This document shows positions 24,001-36,361 of a DNA stretch of 64,000 nucleotides, in pieces. The first letter of the stretch is position 1, and the number at the start of each line of letters is the position of its first letter. The notes beneath the pieces were generated by a model. The model searched no databases, was not told the DNA's origin, and saw nothing but the letters and a program-made list of their open reading frames with translations. Source of the DNA: Vicugna vicugna (lineage: Eukaryota); assembly GCA_013265495.1 (NCBI GenBank), contig MU057989.1, positions 1,193,513 through 1,257,512 of the forward strand, in the 5' to 3' direction. The position numbers and the translations under genes are program-made.

Positions 24001-27000
24001 CTCTGACGCCTGGACAGGAAAGGACTTGCTGAGGGGGTGAGGGATGGGGAGTGTCTTATCCAGGGGCACAATCTGGGGTAGACCCAGATTTCTCTCCAGG
24101 CTCCAACTTCACCCTGTAAATCCCTGCTGTCTCTCCAACTCATACAAATGCCAGCTTAGGTCCCCGGGGCGTGGGAGCAGGGGAGGTAAAGTGGGTCAGG
24201 GGACAGAGAAGCACAGGAGGAACGCCTCTAACAACTGCCTGAGAAAATCAACAGGATGCCTTCCGATGGCCGTGCAGGCACTGACATCTGTCATCTGTCA
24301 CTTGCTATATTAGCCTTATGAGAGAGACCCCTTGATCCCTATTTGACAAATGAGGAAACTGAGGCTCAGGATGGAAAAAGGCCAACGGGCATCTGGGCCT
24401 GAGTTCCTGGCTCTGCTATGGCTAGGGAGGGTGGGGGTGAGGTCTCATGGCCAATTTCTCAGCCTGGCATCAGGAGGGAGCCTGCTCTTGAGGGGAGCCC
24501 CAGCTGGCCCGAGCAGCTGCATGCCCTGGGCCCCGAGCCTCCATCCTTTCCCTGGCACTGATCCTCCCAGCCTCAGCTCCAGGTTTCTCCAGCGGGGCAC
24601 CAAGGCCTGGCCCTGCTGTGCATGGATCCCCAGCCCTCTTTCCCAGTCCAGCTCTGGGGCTGTGGAACCCTTCCAGGGGAACTCTGAGAAACTCCACACA
24701 GTCTACTCCCAGGGAACCCTAGAGGTCGGACCTGCGTCCTGGTTGGGGTGTGTCTCTTCAAGCTCCTCCGGCTGGGCAGGATAGAGATCCTGGCTCTGGG
24801 CATCTTGAAGAGCAGGGAGCTCTGGCTCTCTACTCCCTCTCCCCTCCTCAGATGGGACAGAGGGTCTGGTTAACTGGTAGCCGGGATGGGAGGGGCCTGG
24901 GGGGCACAGAGATGGTTGGTGATTCCAGTGGGAGAGGACTTCCCATCTGCTTCAGATGCCCCTGGGGGGGGATGGGCAGCTGGGCCTGAGGCTCTTGCAG
25001 CGCTGTAACTGGGGGGAGGCTGAGGCTTCCTTAGGTCCTTTGTCCTCCCTGAAGGAGAGGCCAGGTAGTACCCACCATAGGGAGGGCCCGACATGCACAA
25101 GCGTGACCTGCACATGCACACGTACTGTTGCTGTGGCAGATGGTTGTCTGGGGAAGGGTTCAGACCCAGCCCCCGGCCCTCCTCTGGTCTTGGCCAAGGG
25201 AGGTGGGAGCCCGCTGAGGCCCCAGGAGACTGCTGAGCTGCCCGGTCTGCCCTGGGAGCCTCCAGGGCTCTAACACTTGCAGGTTAGAGCAGGCTAGCAC
25301 CCTACTGGGACCTGGGGGTAAGGAGGTGGGGGCCTGGTGACTGAAGCTCAGAGAGTTCAGGGCTTGGCCCAATGTCATTTGGGGTCAGGGAGGGACAGAG
25401 GGGGACCAGAGCCTAGGGCTGTCTGGCCCTGACCCCTGAAAAGTGTCAGTTTAGCCTGGGAGTCCTCCCAGCTTCACCACTGCCCCCTGTCCTCTGCATG
25501 GGCCTGACATGGGGGCAGCTGTGTCCAGAGGAAGCCTCCCTCCCTTCCCCTCATCGTCCACCTGGGTCTGGCTGGCAAGTCCCAGCCTGCTTGGGCCATT
25601 TCTCCCCAGGGCCACTCCTTCCTGTGTCCAGACCCTCCCCCCTACAATCCCCATCACCACACTTCCAGGCTGACTGACCCAGAGCTGTGATGTCCCCCTT
25701 CCCCCAAGGCTGTGGGGCCCTCCATTGTGCTGCCTGTTCTAAAGTAACCCCCCCACTCCAGTGCTGCTGGCTGGCTGCCTGCCAGCCCCACCCTCCTCCA
25801 GCCAGGCCCCCCCACCCCCTCCTAGTGGACACCCTGAATGGTCCTGTGGGCCCTGGGCCCCAAGGGCCTGGAAGAGGCCAGGCTTGCAGGGCCCTTCCCA
25901 GTGGGTGTTTCCTTTGGGTTTAGAGGCTGCCCTGGGTTCTGGACTTGCTTTGCTGCCAGGATTGGACGAGCAGGGGAGAGACAGGGGTGGCTGGGAATAG
26001 GGCGTGAGGGTGGAGTCCAGAGTTTGTGCCGGAGCCCCTACTGGGCCTGGTCTTGACCAGCTGTTCTGGGCCGGCTCTGTGCCAGGGCTGGGTAGGAGTG
26101 GCAGAAGATGAAAGTGGAGGAACTTGGCCCTTCTGGTCATCCCGCTGACCATGGTGATGCTGACCACCTCACCCTCACTGTCCAGGTCTCCCCCTGGGTC
26201 CCTTGCCCCATGCAGGAGGCATCTGTGTCAGGGTTCAGGCCCTGCGTCTCGGGCAAGCCACTTACCTCTTTGGGCCTTAAGCCCCCCACCACCTCACCTG
26301 GCTGGTGGGTACCACCAGTGGATCACTCACTCACTCAACAAACATTCACTGAATACCAAGTTTTCAGGAAAAGTGAAAGGCAGGTGTGATGGTGCCATTA
26401 GGGGAGTGGTTTGGATGTTCAAGCTCTGATCCTATGCTAGGCCAGCCCCCTCCTTTTACAGATGGGGGAAAACCAGAGTCTTGCCCACAGCAAATCAGAG
26501 CAGGCCTGGTTATCTGGCTCTGAGTCCCCAGCACTTCCCGTCGCTGCCCAGTTCATTCTGATGGGAGGAGTGGGCTCAGTGTGGGGCCCTGGGAAATGGG
26601 GCAGCAGTCTACTCTGAGGCCCCAGAAATATCCCTGCCTGCTCTAGGCCTCACTTCTTGGAAAGAGCTCTGAATGTTGGGGGCAGGGGGCAGTGCATGTG
26701 ATGCTCTGTGTGCAGGGAAGGGCACCTAAGGCATGCTCAAGAGCTGGTGACATTGTGGCGTTAGTAATGTATTAGCCAGGACTTGGACCCAGGGAGAGTG
26801 TGGCAGGCAGCACAGGGCCACTGCAGGGCTAAGGAGGCTGCCCTCAGCAGTGGGGGACAGAGACAGGTCTTCTGCTCATCTCTCAGCTACCTGGAAGAAC
26901 AGCCCATGTACAGCTGCAGGAGGCAAGGGCCAGAGAGGTTGAATCAGGGAAGACTTTCTGGAGGAGGGGATGGGACAGGAGTGGCAGCCGGAGGAGAATA

Positions 27001-27289
27001 CGGAGCCATTGGAGGTAGTGAGGTAGGAGCTGGCACCCTAGAGGTGCACATCAGTTAGGCTGGCAGGAGGCAGGGAATCCTAAGAAAGGAGATCCTGAAG
27101 GGGATAGCCTCAAGACAAGAGACTGAGCTAGAAAGGAAGATGGCGTTCTTCTGTATAGAGCACTCCATAGCTCCCCAATGACCTCCAGGCCCTGGCCCAG
27201 TCTCCTTCTCTACTGAATATTGGCAGGTTCGTTGTGGGTCAGTTGGGGCCACACCCCCAGGCCTCTGCACTTTTGGGCACAGAAAGAAT

Positions 27290-27440
27290 GTGGGCTTTGG
27301 AGCCTAGAGGTGAATCCAAGCTGTGCTATTTATAAGCTCTGTGACCTTGGCAGGTAACTGAACCACTCTAGGCCTTGATTTCCCCACCTGGAAGAGGGGG
27401 GAAACAGCACCTAATTCACAGGGTCGGGAGGATGAATGGA
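27290..27440 (+). mobile_element. MIR SINE
   Basis: gctctgtgaccttggcaggtaactgaaccactctaggccttgatttccccacctg, MIR core. Confidence 0.6.
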
Positions 27441-29569
27441 GATGGCGCGTGGGAGGCATGCTGGCCATTCCTGGCCCGCAGAACTTGTGAGGGCCCGATG
27501 GCTCCCTCTTCCCCAAAGCTTCACCTCATGTCCACAGAGCCAACTTGGATCTATCCCCCCCGGCCCCGCCATAGGAGCAGCCCACTCTTGACACTGATCA
27601 CCTCCGTGAAGTCTGGCCCCCCAGAACACAGCAGAGCGCCTGGTGTTGGAATGCATAACTGAGCGGTTGGTAAATGAGGTGGAGGGAAGGAACAAAGTCC
27701 AGAGCCCGCCTGGCCCACCTCCTGCTCTCTGAGTTGGCAGGTACTGTCCACTGTGGGCTTTGTCCCTGTCCTGGGGCAGCGGGAGAGGTGGGCCATGAGC
27801 AGTGGTCCCCAGGACTCGGGAGGTACTCCTAGGGTCATCCTGCAGTCCAGCAGCCAGGCTCAGTGTGGAAAGCCCAGTGTTTACTTCTCTGTGGAGACCA
27901 GGTCTCATCCCCGCTCCCACCCATAAGCCGAGACCCCTCGGTCCGGGACCCTGATGCTGCTTACCTGTCGTGTCCTGTGTGTGCCGTGTGTGTGCATAGA
28001 TGTGGCACATATGCATATGCCTGTATGTCTGGGGGTGCCTTGGGTGCCCATCCATGTCCTGTGGGACACTGGCCAATGCCCTAGAGAGCTTGGGCAGAGT
28101 TCCCAGCCCTGCCCGCCCACTGCGGGTGGCAGTGCTGCCTGGCAGGGCCTGAGCTGCCTGTGCCTAAGCCTAGCTGGGTGTGTACCCCTGTCTGGCTCCC
28201 CTGGTGCTGGCCCCTCCCAGGGATTTGGGCGGCCTGGGCCCAGCCCTTCCCTCCCTGCCCGCCACCCGGCTGGCCGTGGGGGCTGCTTGGCGGGCTCGCC
28301 TCTGGCTGAGGCCCAGGTGCAGGAAGTGCTGGTAGCCCCACGCACCACCTCCCCCCAGAAGCTGGGCAGACAGGAAAATACCAGACATAGTTGTGCAAAG
28401 GTGGCTGCAGGCAGGCAGGCAGCAGGGGGTGGGGGCCGCTTTGATGGGCCTGGAGCCACCAGGCCAGGGAGGCCTCTGTGCCAGGCTGGCCCCTAAGCCG
28501 GACAGGTGCTCATGCCTGTGTAAGTGCACATGTCTGGGCTTGGCCCATGTGTGAGCCTCCCACCCCCACCGCCGTCCCCCCAGCCTAGAGTCACTCTGCT
28601 GGCATCAGGGAAGGAAATGTAGCTCCCAGGAAGCCTGTGAGGGGCATGAGGGAGCCAGCTGCTTCCCTTCCAGCTTCAGTGCTGCCTGAATTATCTGGCT
28701 GACCTTGGCAGGCAGAGTTCTTATGTGGGGCACCCCCAGCCCAGGGCCAGGAACAAGAATCCTCAGGGCTACCAGTTGCTGGCACCTCCTGTGTGCCAGG
28801 TGCCAGGCCAGCTTGCCCTGTGGGATACCCCGAATCTCCACACTGTGAGCTGGCACCTTATCCATGGGGACTTGGTAGCCTGACTCTGGGTAGCTCTCTC
28901 TAAACATGCCCAAGTGAGGATTCCTGGCACGCGCTCCTGCTTAGGTGCTGCCCAGCTGGGAGCTTTCCCGAGACCCCCATGGCTTAAAGCAGAGAGCTCA
29001 GCCCTGGCTGGGTCACCTGGGGGCCCCTGCAGTCTCACCTGGGCAGGGTCTGCACTCCAGGGGATCTGGGGGAGGCCCCTGGTGCTGGCTGAACACCCAT
29101 CTTGGGGTAGGGGAGGGGTCTGCTTTCCAAGGGAGAGGTTCCCAGGGAAGGCGAACCCCTCACTCTTTCAGGAAGTGCTGCCTGCACTGGCTCCTCTCCT
29201 GGGACCTGCTTGAGCTGAGGCCTCAGAATAAGCCTCTCCGCTGGGTCCTGGGAGGAGGCCTGCTCCTTCCAGGGCTGCTCAGAGGCTCTCCAGGGCCTCC
29301 CAGCGCTCTTTTCTTTGATGCAGTCAGGCTCTGGAACGTGGCTAGAGTCAGCTGTGGCCACTCCACAGGATAGCAGAGGCCTGTGGCTCTCTGAGGGGCA
29401 CCAGCTTGTCTAGTTACACACTCAGCTGAAGCACAGGTGCTCCGAGTTGTTGATGAGACTGTATGTCTGTGGGTACAGCTAGGAGGGCCAGTCCCCACTC
29501 TGCTGTCCTCAGCCCCAAACTGGCCAAAGGCTGGGGGACTCAGCAATGGTGACAACTGATTCACAAGTT

Positions 29570-29800
29570 TGATTAAGCACCTACTATGTGCCCAGTACTG
29601 TTCTAGGTGCTGAACATTACATACTAATGGAAAACACTAAGTAATCATTGGATGTGCATCATTGTATTTGATTTCTCCCCAAAATGCAATGGGAGGGCGT
29701 ATCATACTATTATTATCCTATTTTAGAGACGAGGACAATGAGGCTCAGACTGGGAGGTGACTTGCCCTAAGTCACATGGGCAGGAAGTGGCAGAGCCAAG
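29570..29800 (-). mobile_element. MIR SINE
   Basis: ttaagcacctactatgtgcccag...attatccta ttttagagacgaggacaatgaggctcaga, antisense MIR. Confidence 0.7.
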
Positions 29801-30199
29801 CAGAGACCCAGGTGGTCTGACCCATATTGGAGCCCTGCGCTGCTGCCTGGTCAGGAATGGGGGGGTCCTGAGATGAGGCCTGCCCCTGCTTCCAGCCCCC
29901 ATGGCTGGGCGGCTGAGAAGGGTGGAGCTCTTGGCTAGAGCAGGGAGCCGCAGCGGTTCCCAGGAATGCGGGGCTGTGGGGCCGTTTGCTTTGGCAGCAT
30001 ATCTGCCCTCAGCTCTCCAAGCGTCCCTGTGGGCCCCCTCCCAATCGGCCCCTCCAGCGCCCACTCACTGCCTGCTGCCCCTTCTAGGCTCTGCACCTAG
30101 CTCCCATAAACCCCTGGGCAGAGAGGGGGTGGGAAGCCACAGCCCCTTTGCCTGCCCCTCCCCACATCCATGGGCACAGGACGGGCTAATGGTGAACAT

Positions 30200-30345
30200 G
30201 CTCACCTGGGCTTGAAACTCAGCTCAGCCAGAGAAGCTGTGTGACCCTGGACAGACCACTTAATCTCCCTGAGCTTCAGGTTTTGCACCTGTAAAATGGG
30301 GATGAAATAGCACCTGCCTTCACAGGTACGTTGTCCGACTACCTA
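30200..30345 (+). mobile_element. MIR SINE
   Basis: gctgtgtgaccctggacagaccacttaatctccctgagcttcagg...ctgtaaaatggggatgaaatagcacctgcc. Confidence 0.75.
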
Positions 30346-31099
30346 CAACTGGCAGTTGGTACCATGGTGGTGATATTCAACCAGTTTCCAGTCCCCAGCT
30401 TGCCACGCAGTTGTGTAACCTGAGCCCATGCCCCTCCAGCCCTGCTTCCCCACCTGTAAGACCAATATGCTGATAATACTGGTCCCTGTATCGGACACAG
30501 AGTACCCTCCCAGCAGGTGGGAGCAGATGGGCACAAGGGAGGCCAGGGACTTGCTTCTGCTTTCCATTCGATAGCAAGAAAGCCACATGGGCTTTTGAGA
30601 GTGCCGCCTGGGCCCTTGTCCCCAAGTCCTAGGCCAGACAGGCCACCACTGACCAAAGGGCAGTTTCAGGACTACCCCAGGAATAAGGGGTGTGCCTCTT
30701 GTTGCCCTGACAACACTGCTATACTGGCTACACTCACCTGGCCCCATGCTGCTACTGGGTGGGCAGAGAGGGCCCCCATCTTACAGAGGGCCCTGTCCTG
30801 TTTCAGCCAAGAAGACTCTTGAGTGCTTCTCAGGGGGGTGTGCCAAGCCCACTCCCTCCAGCCACACAGGAACACCTCCAGGCTCAAGGCCAGCCGGCAG
30901 CCCTCTCCTACACAAGGAGGAGGGTCTTTGTCCAGAGCAGATTCCTGCCTGCTCCCATTGGCCTGGTGACCTTGAACCTCAGTTTCTCCATCCGTGCGGC
31001 AGGGAAACCAACCGCAGCCACTCACAATAATGGCTTTAGAGTGTTCAGAGAATTCATAGACGGTGCCTGGCACATGGTAGGTGTTTAACGGATGGTGAC

Positions 31100-31900
31100 T
31101 CCCCGCTCTCGGCTATGCGTTCCACCCTACGCCGCAGTACGCTAGCGGAGGCTGTGCCTTCTCTGGGCCTCAGTTTCCCGGAAGGTTCGGCCCGCTGGCC
31201 GGTAGGGGGCCGGCGCCGCCCCGCGCTCGCCCCGCTGGTCTGCTGGGGGTGGCGGGTGGGCGGGGCGGTGGGTCAGGCCTCCAGGTAGGGCCGGGGGCGC
31301 TGCAGCTGGGGGCCGTCTGCGCGCGGCCGGCGGGCGCACAATAGCGGCCATTGTCTGTGCTCGGCCGGCAGGCGGGTGCGGCGGGGCGGGTGCCGGCCCC
31401 CGAGGGCCAGCGCGGCCCACCCTCGGGGTGACCCCGCCCCGCCCCCGCCGCCCTGGTGGTCCCCGCGCCGCCCCCGCGCGCTCTCGTCCCGCGCCGCTTC
31501 CTCCCGCTCCCTCCGCCCTAATTAGTTCCTTTCGCAGCTGGAGCAGCGGCGCCCGGCAGCTCGGCCACCTCGGCGCCGCCTCCCCGCCGCCCCCCGCGCT
31601 CCGGGACCGCACGACCCTGAGAGCGAGCAGGGCGCTCATCGCGTCACATCGCGACCAGCGGGAAACTGAGACTCCCAGGGGGGAGGGACTCCGCGCAGTA
31701 TCCAGTGGGCATCCGCCCACTACGGGCTCCTTTCTGCTTAAGAAACTTGCTTATATTCTTAGCAAGGCAGGTCACCCTCCGGAGCGTTCCTGCCCTTTCC
31801 TGGAAGACGACACCGAGTGTCCACCTCCCCACCATCTGGTTGTCTTGAGCGCCAAATCAATCGGGTGATCGCTGGTTGGCCCGCTTCCGGAAGTGAACCC
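31100..31900. promoter_or_regulatory. Intragenic CpG island in GLIS2 intron 1 (candidate alternative or antisense promoter)
   Basis: Dense CpG, GC boxes, palindromic ETS pair CTTCCGGAAG at 31884-31893, CTCF-like motif at 31199-31212. Confidence 0.75.
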
Positions 31901-33664
31901 AGCGCCAGTCCCAGGGTTCCAGGCCAAGTCCCCACTCTGGGCCTGGAAGGCCCAGGAGAATATGACCCTGACTCTGGCCTGCCCCACTTCACTTCACCCA
32001 GCCCAGGAACAAAGAGCAGAGCCAGAGCCCAGAGCTGACCACTGCTGGCTCAGGGATTGGAGGTGGGGGGCCGACAGGGACACTTTAAGGTTGGCCAAGG
32101 TCAGAGCAGGATTGGGGATCATAGGCGTCTTCCCCTTGGGGTGGGACCGCCATGAGGAGGAAAATCTGGGTGGGGCCAGCCTGGAGTGGGAGAGTGCTGG
32201 GAGCTGTGGGCTTTTGGGGTGGGCTCCTTCCTTTCCCAGGAGTGGGGAGGCTGGGCCTCCTGGCTGGGCTCTGGCTTCCATTAGAATGAACCCCTATTCC
32301 CAGGGCAGAACCCGGTGGCAAGAAGTGGGGGTGGGGTGGGGTCTCTGGGGAATGGGCCTGCTGATCAAGGAAGGTGCTGGAGTTCCCTCCACCCCACCTT
32401 GGGCCCCAGACCCACCCCTGGGAGACTCTTTTTGGGGTCATCCCTAGTTCTGGGCTGAGGCAGTGCCTCCTGCAGAACTTCAAAACAAGGTGGCCCATGG
32501 CTCCTTCCTGGCCCCCTCTGGCCTAGGGGGAGGGCAGCGGGCAGGTGCCAAAGGATGTTACTTGGGCAGTGAGAGTCTATGTTAGTCTGAATTCCCAGTT
32601 CCCAAACCATCCTGCCCTTGAAGGTCAGGTGGGGCAGAGGCTGTGGGGAGGCCTGTGGCCCTAGGCCAGCTGAAGGACCAGGCCACCAGCCCTTCCTGGC
32701 TCCTGAATTCTTAATCAGCATAAATATTTACTTCCTTCCTCCCTTTCCAGGCTCCCAGCACAGAGGACCTTCAGGGAGGTTGGACTGGGCCTGTGTCTAA
32801 AAATAAACAGGTGGAAGGACAGGCAGATACACAGACAGACAGACATAACTGGGGGGGGGATGTCAGGCAGAGGGCAGCTCCCTACTCAGCTAGAGAAGAG
32901 TGGAGGGGGCCCAGATCTATCCATCACTGTCACCCACCTGCCTGCCTGGGACTAGAGCTCCTAAGGGATAGGGTGGCAGTCTGGTCCCAGTCCTTCTGCA
33001 TCACTGGGAACCCCTGGTCCATGCGTGGCCTGTGGGCAAATCCAAACAGATGTGTCAGCTCCCACTTGATGGAGTTTAACAGGGACAAGTCAAGTCACAG
33101 ACCTGGGTCCCCTGGCCAAGTGCAGCCGCTCATGCTGTGATAATGCAGCCCACTCCCCGGACTCAAGAGACTCCAGTGTCAGCCATGTGCTGAGATCTTG
33201 AGATGTTTCTTCAGAAGCAGAGGGTCCCAAGTGAGGGAGGGGACTGCTTTGTTCCCTGTGTACTTGGAGTGTCTTGGCAGAAATGGAGCTTGTTGGGGAG
33301 ATGGATGAATCTGGATTCCGGGAAAGACAGGGAGTATCTTGTAGTGTCGGCTTGTTTGGCAGATAGATTTTCAGGGTGTGAACATCTCAATTAACAAACA
33401 CAAGGAAACACCGTTGCCCAGCATGTGAGAAGGTTATTGCTGTAAAAAGAGACTGAATTTGGAATGACCATTTGAGCTTGCTCTTGGGTCATTTATATGT
33501 GAAGAAAATTACACCACTGAGAAATTCTAAGAAAGTGGTGAAAATTCACCACTCAGAATAAAAGGATATTATCACCAGTGAAAAAATTACATATGTCTGT
33601 ATTTTACTAACCACCAGACAGCTGATCACCTCCCTGGCTGGCCTGGCTGGGCCACAGTCCCCAG

Positions 33665-33678
33665 CTGCCCCCTGGTGG
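33665..33678 (-). promoter_or_regulatory. CTCF core motif, reverse orientation
   Basis: CTGCCCCCTGGTGG, reverse complement CCACCAGGGGGCAG, 14/14 match. Confidence 0.7.
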
Positions 33679-34348
33679 CGGCCCAGAGCCCTCTGGCTCC
33701 CCTTATCTGCGGGGCCCTCTCCTGGGACCGCCCCTGGGAGGCAAGGCCACCTCTGTACACCCAACCCTTGGGGCCAGACCAGGCTTTGCACAGGGCGCAG
33801 CCCAGTAGGCACTCTAAGGGCCACCTGGGAGGACACTTCGTGCTCTCCTGGCCTGGTTCTGAGTCTTCCTGCTCACCCTAGGTATGTGTACCAGGCATGA
33901 CTTCCCATTTGGTCAGAAATGACCTTTGGGACCTGCCTGGTCAATTCCAGGGAGAAGATCTGGCCTTGATTCTGATGGCTCTGCCACTTCCTAGCTCTGC
34001 AACTTGAGGTAGCATTTCTTAAACTCTGGTCATGGCAGAATGGACTCTATGAACTTTGCTACCCAGAAAAGTCTCGTGGGAAGTGGGTGAGTTAGATCTG
34101 GCTCGGTGGTTGGCTCTCTGTGATGCCTGCGTCCAGGGCCACTCAGAGTCTACCCAGGAGACAACTTTCACACTACCCCACACCCACGGCCTCTCTGCTC
34201 CAGTGGGCTTCAACAGGTGCAGCCCGAGGAGGAGGCTGGGGCCACAGTGTCACAGCACAGCTCCTGTCCTCTCCCAGGTTCCTGCCTGAATACCAGTTTG
34301 GGAGCCCCTCACTGCCTACTGCCACCCCCACTCCCAGCCCCTATCACC

Positions 34349-34520
34349 ATGCACTCCTTGGACGAGCCGCTCGACCTGAAGCTGAGTATCACCAAGCTCC
34401 GGGCGGCGAGAGAGAAGCGAGAGAGAACACTGAGTGCAGTCCGGCACCGAGCGCTGCACAGGGAGCTTGGCCTGGTGGATGACAGCCCCACTCCGGGCTC
34501 CCCAGGCTCCCCGCCCTCAG
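34349..34520 (+). CDS. GLIS2: GLIS family zinc finger 2, coding exon 1 of 6 (exon begins at 34278 with 71 nt of 5'UTR)
   Basis: MHSLDEPLDLKLSITKLRAAREKRER...PGSPPS. Kozak ACCATG, acceptor ctcccag at 34277, donor GT at 34521. 172 nt. Confidence 0.97.
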
Positions 34521-35362
34521 GTACTGCGTCCTGGATAGGGCAGCGGTCTCTGAGCCCTGGAGATAGGAAAAACATCCCAGGTGTGTCCACCAGAACATAG
34601 TCACAGCCCCTCTCAGCCTCACTTAGAGAGCCCCCAAACTCTCTGGATCCTTCCAGCAGTTTATCTTTGGAGGTGCCACTGTCCCCAGGAGGAGGGAACT
34701 GACTTGCCCAGCTCATGAAGCTGCCAGGGCAGAGCCAGGATTCAGTGAGGCCTCTGGGAGGATTTGGAGGAGCTGGTAAGGGGCAGTGGGGGATTCACAG
34801 GTAGTAACAAAAGGCCCTTTGACCCAGGGAATGCGGCTGGTCAGCCAGGCTATTAGAGACTGGGGACCGAGCCCAGCAGATACTTCTCAGGGTGTGCTCG
34901 GGGCTCAGGCCTCCTGCCCCACCTCCGGTGGACCCTGAGAACCAGACCTACCACATCTGAGCTGGAAGGCTCTGGAAGCAGCCTAAACCTCTCATGTTAC
35001 AGAAAGGAGCACTGAGGCAGAAAGGGGCCCAGGAAAAGTTAGAAAGTTCCCTTCCTGACAGTGTGACAGGAAGCCAGGGGCCTTGGGTTCAAGTTCCTCT
35101 TCAGGTTAGCCTGTGTGCCAGCCCATTCCCATCTGTAAAATGTCCCCATCTTCCCCAATGGCCAAGCTCTCACTATGGCACAGGGCACATCTGCCAGTTG
35201 TACAGGCTCTGCTCAGATTCTTGGGTCCCAGGGTGGCCCAGGGAGGGGGAGTATAGCGTGGCTGGTGTCTGCTTCCAGGGTCACAGTGGAGGAGTCAGGC
35301 AGGAGGGTCTGGCCCCCCAGGACTCTTGGTTCTGGGGTCCCTGACTCATGCCTGTCCCCTAG

Positions 35363-35535
35363 GCTTCCTGCTGAACCCCAAGTTCCCTGAGAAGGTAGAG
35401 GCACGCTTTTCAGCAGCCCCTCTGGTGGACCTCAGCTTGTCGCCGCCATCTGGGCTGGACTCCCCCAATGGTAGCAGCTCGCTGTCCCCTGAGCGCCAGG
35501 GAAACGGGGACCTGCCTGCAGTGCCTGCCGGCCCG
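35363..35535 (+). CDS. GLIS2: GLIS2 coding exon 2
   Basis: (G)FLLNPKFPEKVEARFSAAPLVDLSLSPP...VPAGP. tag/gtaag boundaries. 173 nt. Confidence 0.96.
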
Positions 35536-35583
35536 GTAAGGAGGGGGCAGTAAGGAGGGGATATGTGTCCTAGAGAAGGAAGG

Positions 35584-36023
35584 TGTATTCATCTCCTGGG
35601 CCTCTGTAACAAAGGACCACAAATTGGGTGGCTTAAAACAATAGAAATGTATTATTCTGGAAGCCAGAGTCCAAAATCAAGGTATTGACAGGGCCATGCT
35701 CCCTTCAAAGGCTCTGAGGGGGATCGTTCTTTGCCTCTTCCTGCTTTTGGCGGCTCCAGGCGTTCCCTGCCTTATAGGGGCATCCCTCCTACCTCTGCCT
35801 TCGCTGTCACACAGCCTCCTGCCCTGTGCGTCTGTGTACAAACCTCCCTCTTTCTCTTATGAAGACACCAGTCACTGGATTTAGGGCCCCTCATCTAGTC
35901 TGACCTCCTTTCACTTGATTACTGGTCTGCAAAGACTCTGTTTCTGTACAAGGTCTCGTGCACAGGTACCAGGGTTTGGGGCTGGGACATATCCTCCTGT
36001 GGGACACAGCTCAACCTGCCACA
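35584..36023 (-). mobile_element. MaLR LTR (MLT1B/C-like) filling most of a GLIS2 intron
   Basis: tgtattcatctcctgggcctctgtaacaaaggaccacaaattgggtggcttaaaacaatagaaatgtatt...cttatgaagacaccagtcactggatttagggccc...caacctgccaca. Confidence 0.85.
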
Positions 36024-36103
36024 GGAAATGGGGGATGTGTGGGGGGTGTCTGGGTCCCCTGGTCCAATGGGCACTGACCAGCTTTGCCCCTGCCCTCCCC
36101 CAG

Positions 36104-36280
36104 GACCTCCAGCCGCTTCGCTACCTGGATGGCGTCCCCAGTTCCTTCCAGTTTTTCCTGCCTCTGGGCTCTGGGGGTGCCCTGCACCTGCCTGCTTCCT
36201 CCTTCCTCACTCCCCCCAAGGACAAGTGCCTCTCGCCAGAGCTACCCCTGCCCAAGCAGCTGGTGTGTCGCTGGGCCAAG
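36104..36280 (+). CDS. GLIS2: GLIS2 coding exon 3
   Basis: DLQPLRYLDGVPSSFQFFLPLG...KQLVCRWAK. cag/gtgag. 177 nt. Confidence 0.97.
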
Positions 36281-36361
36281 GTGAGTTGGGGCTGGGAAGA
36301 GGGGGGCAGGGTCTGGGGCGAGTGGCCCTACGAAGGTTCAGCACCCACCCTGGCCCCGCAG

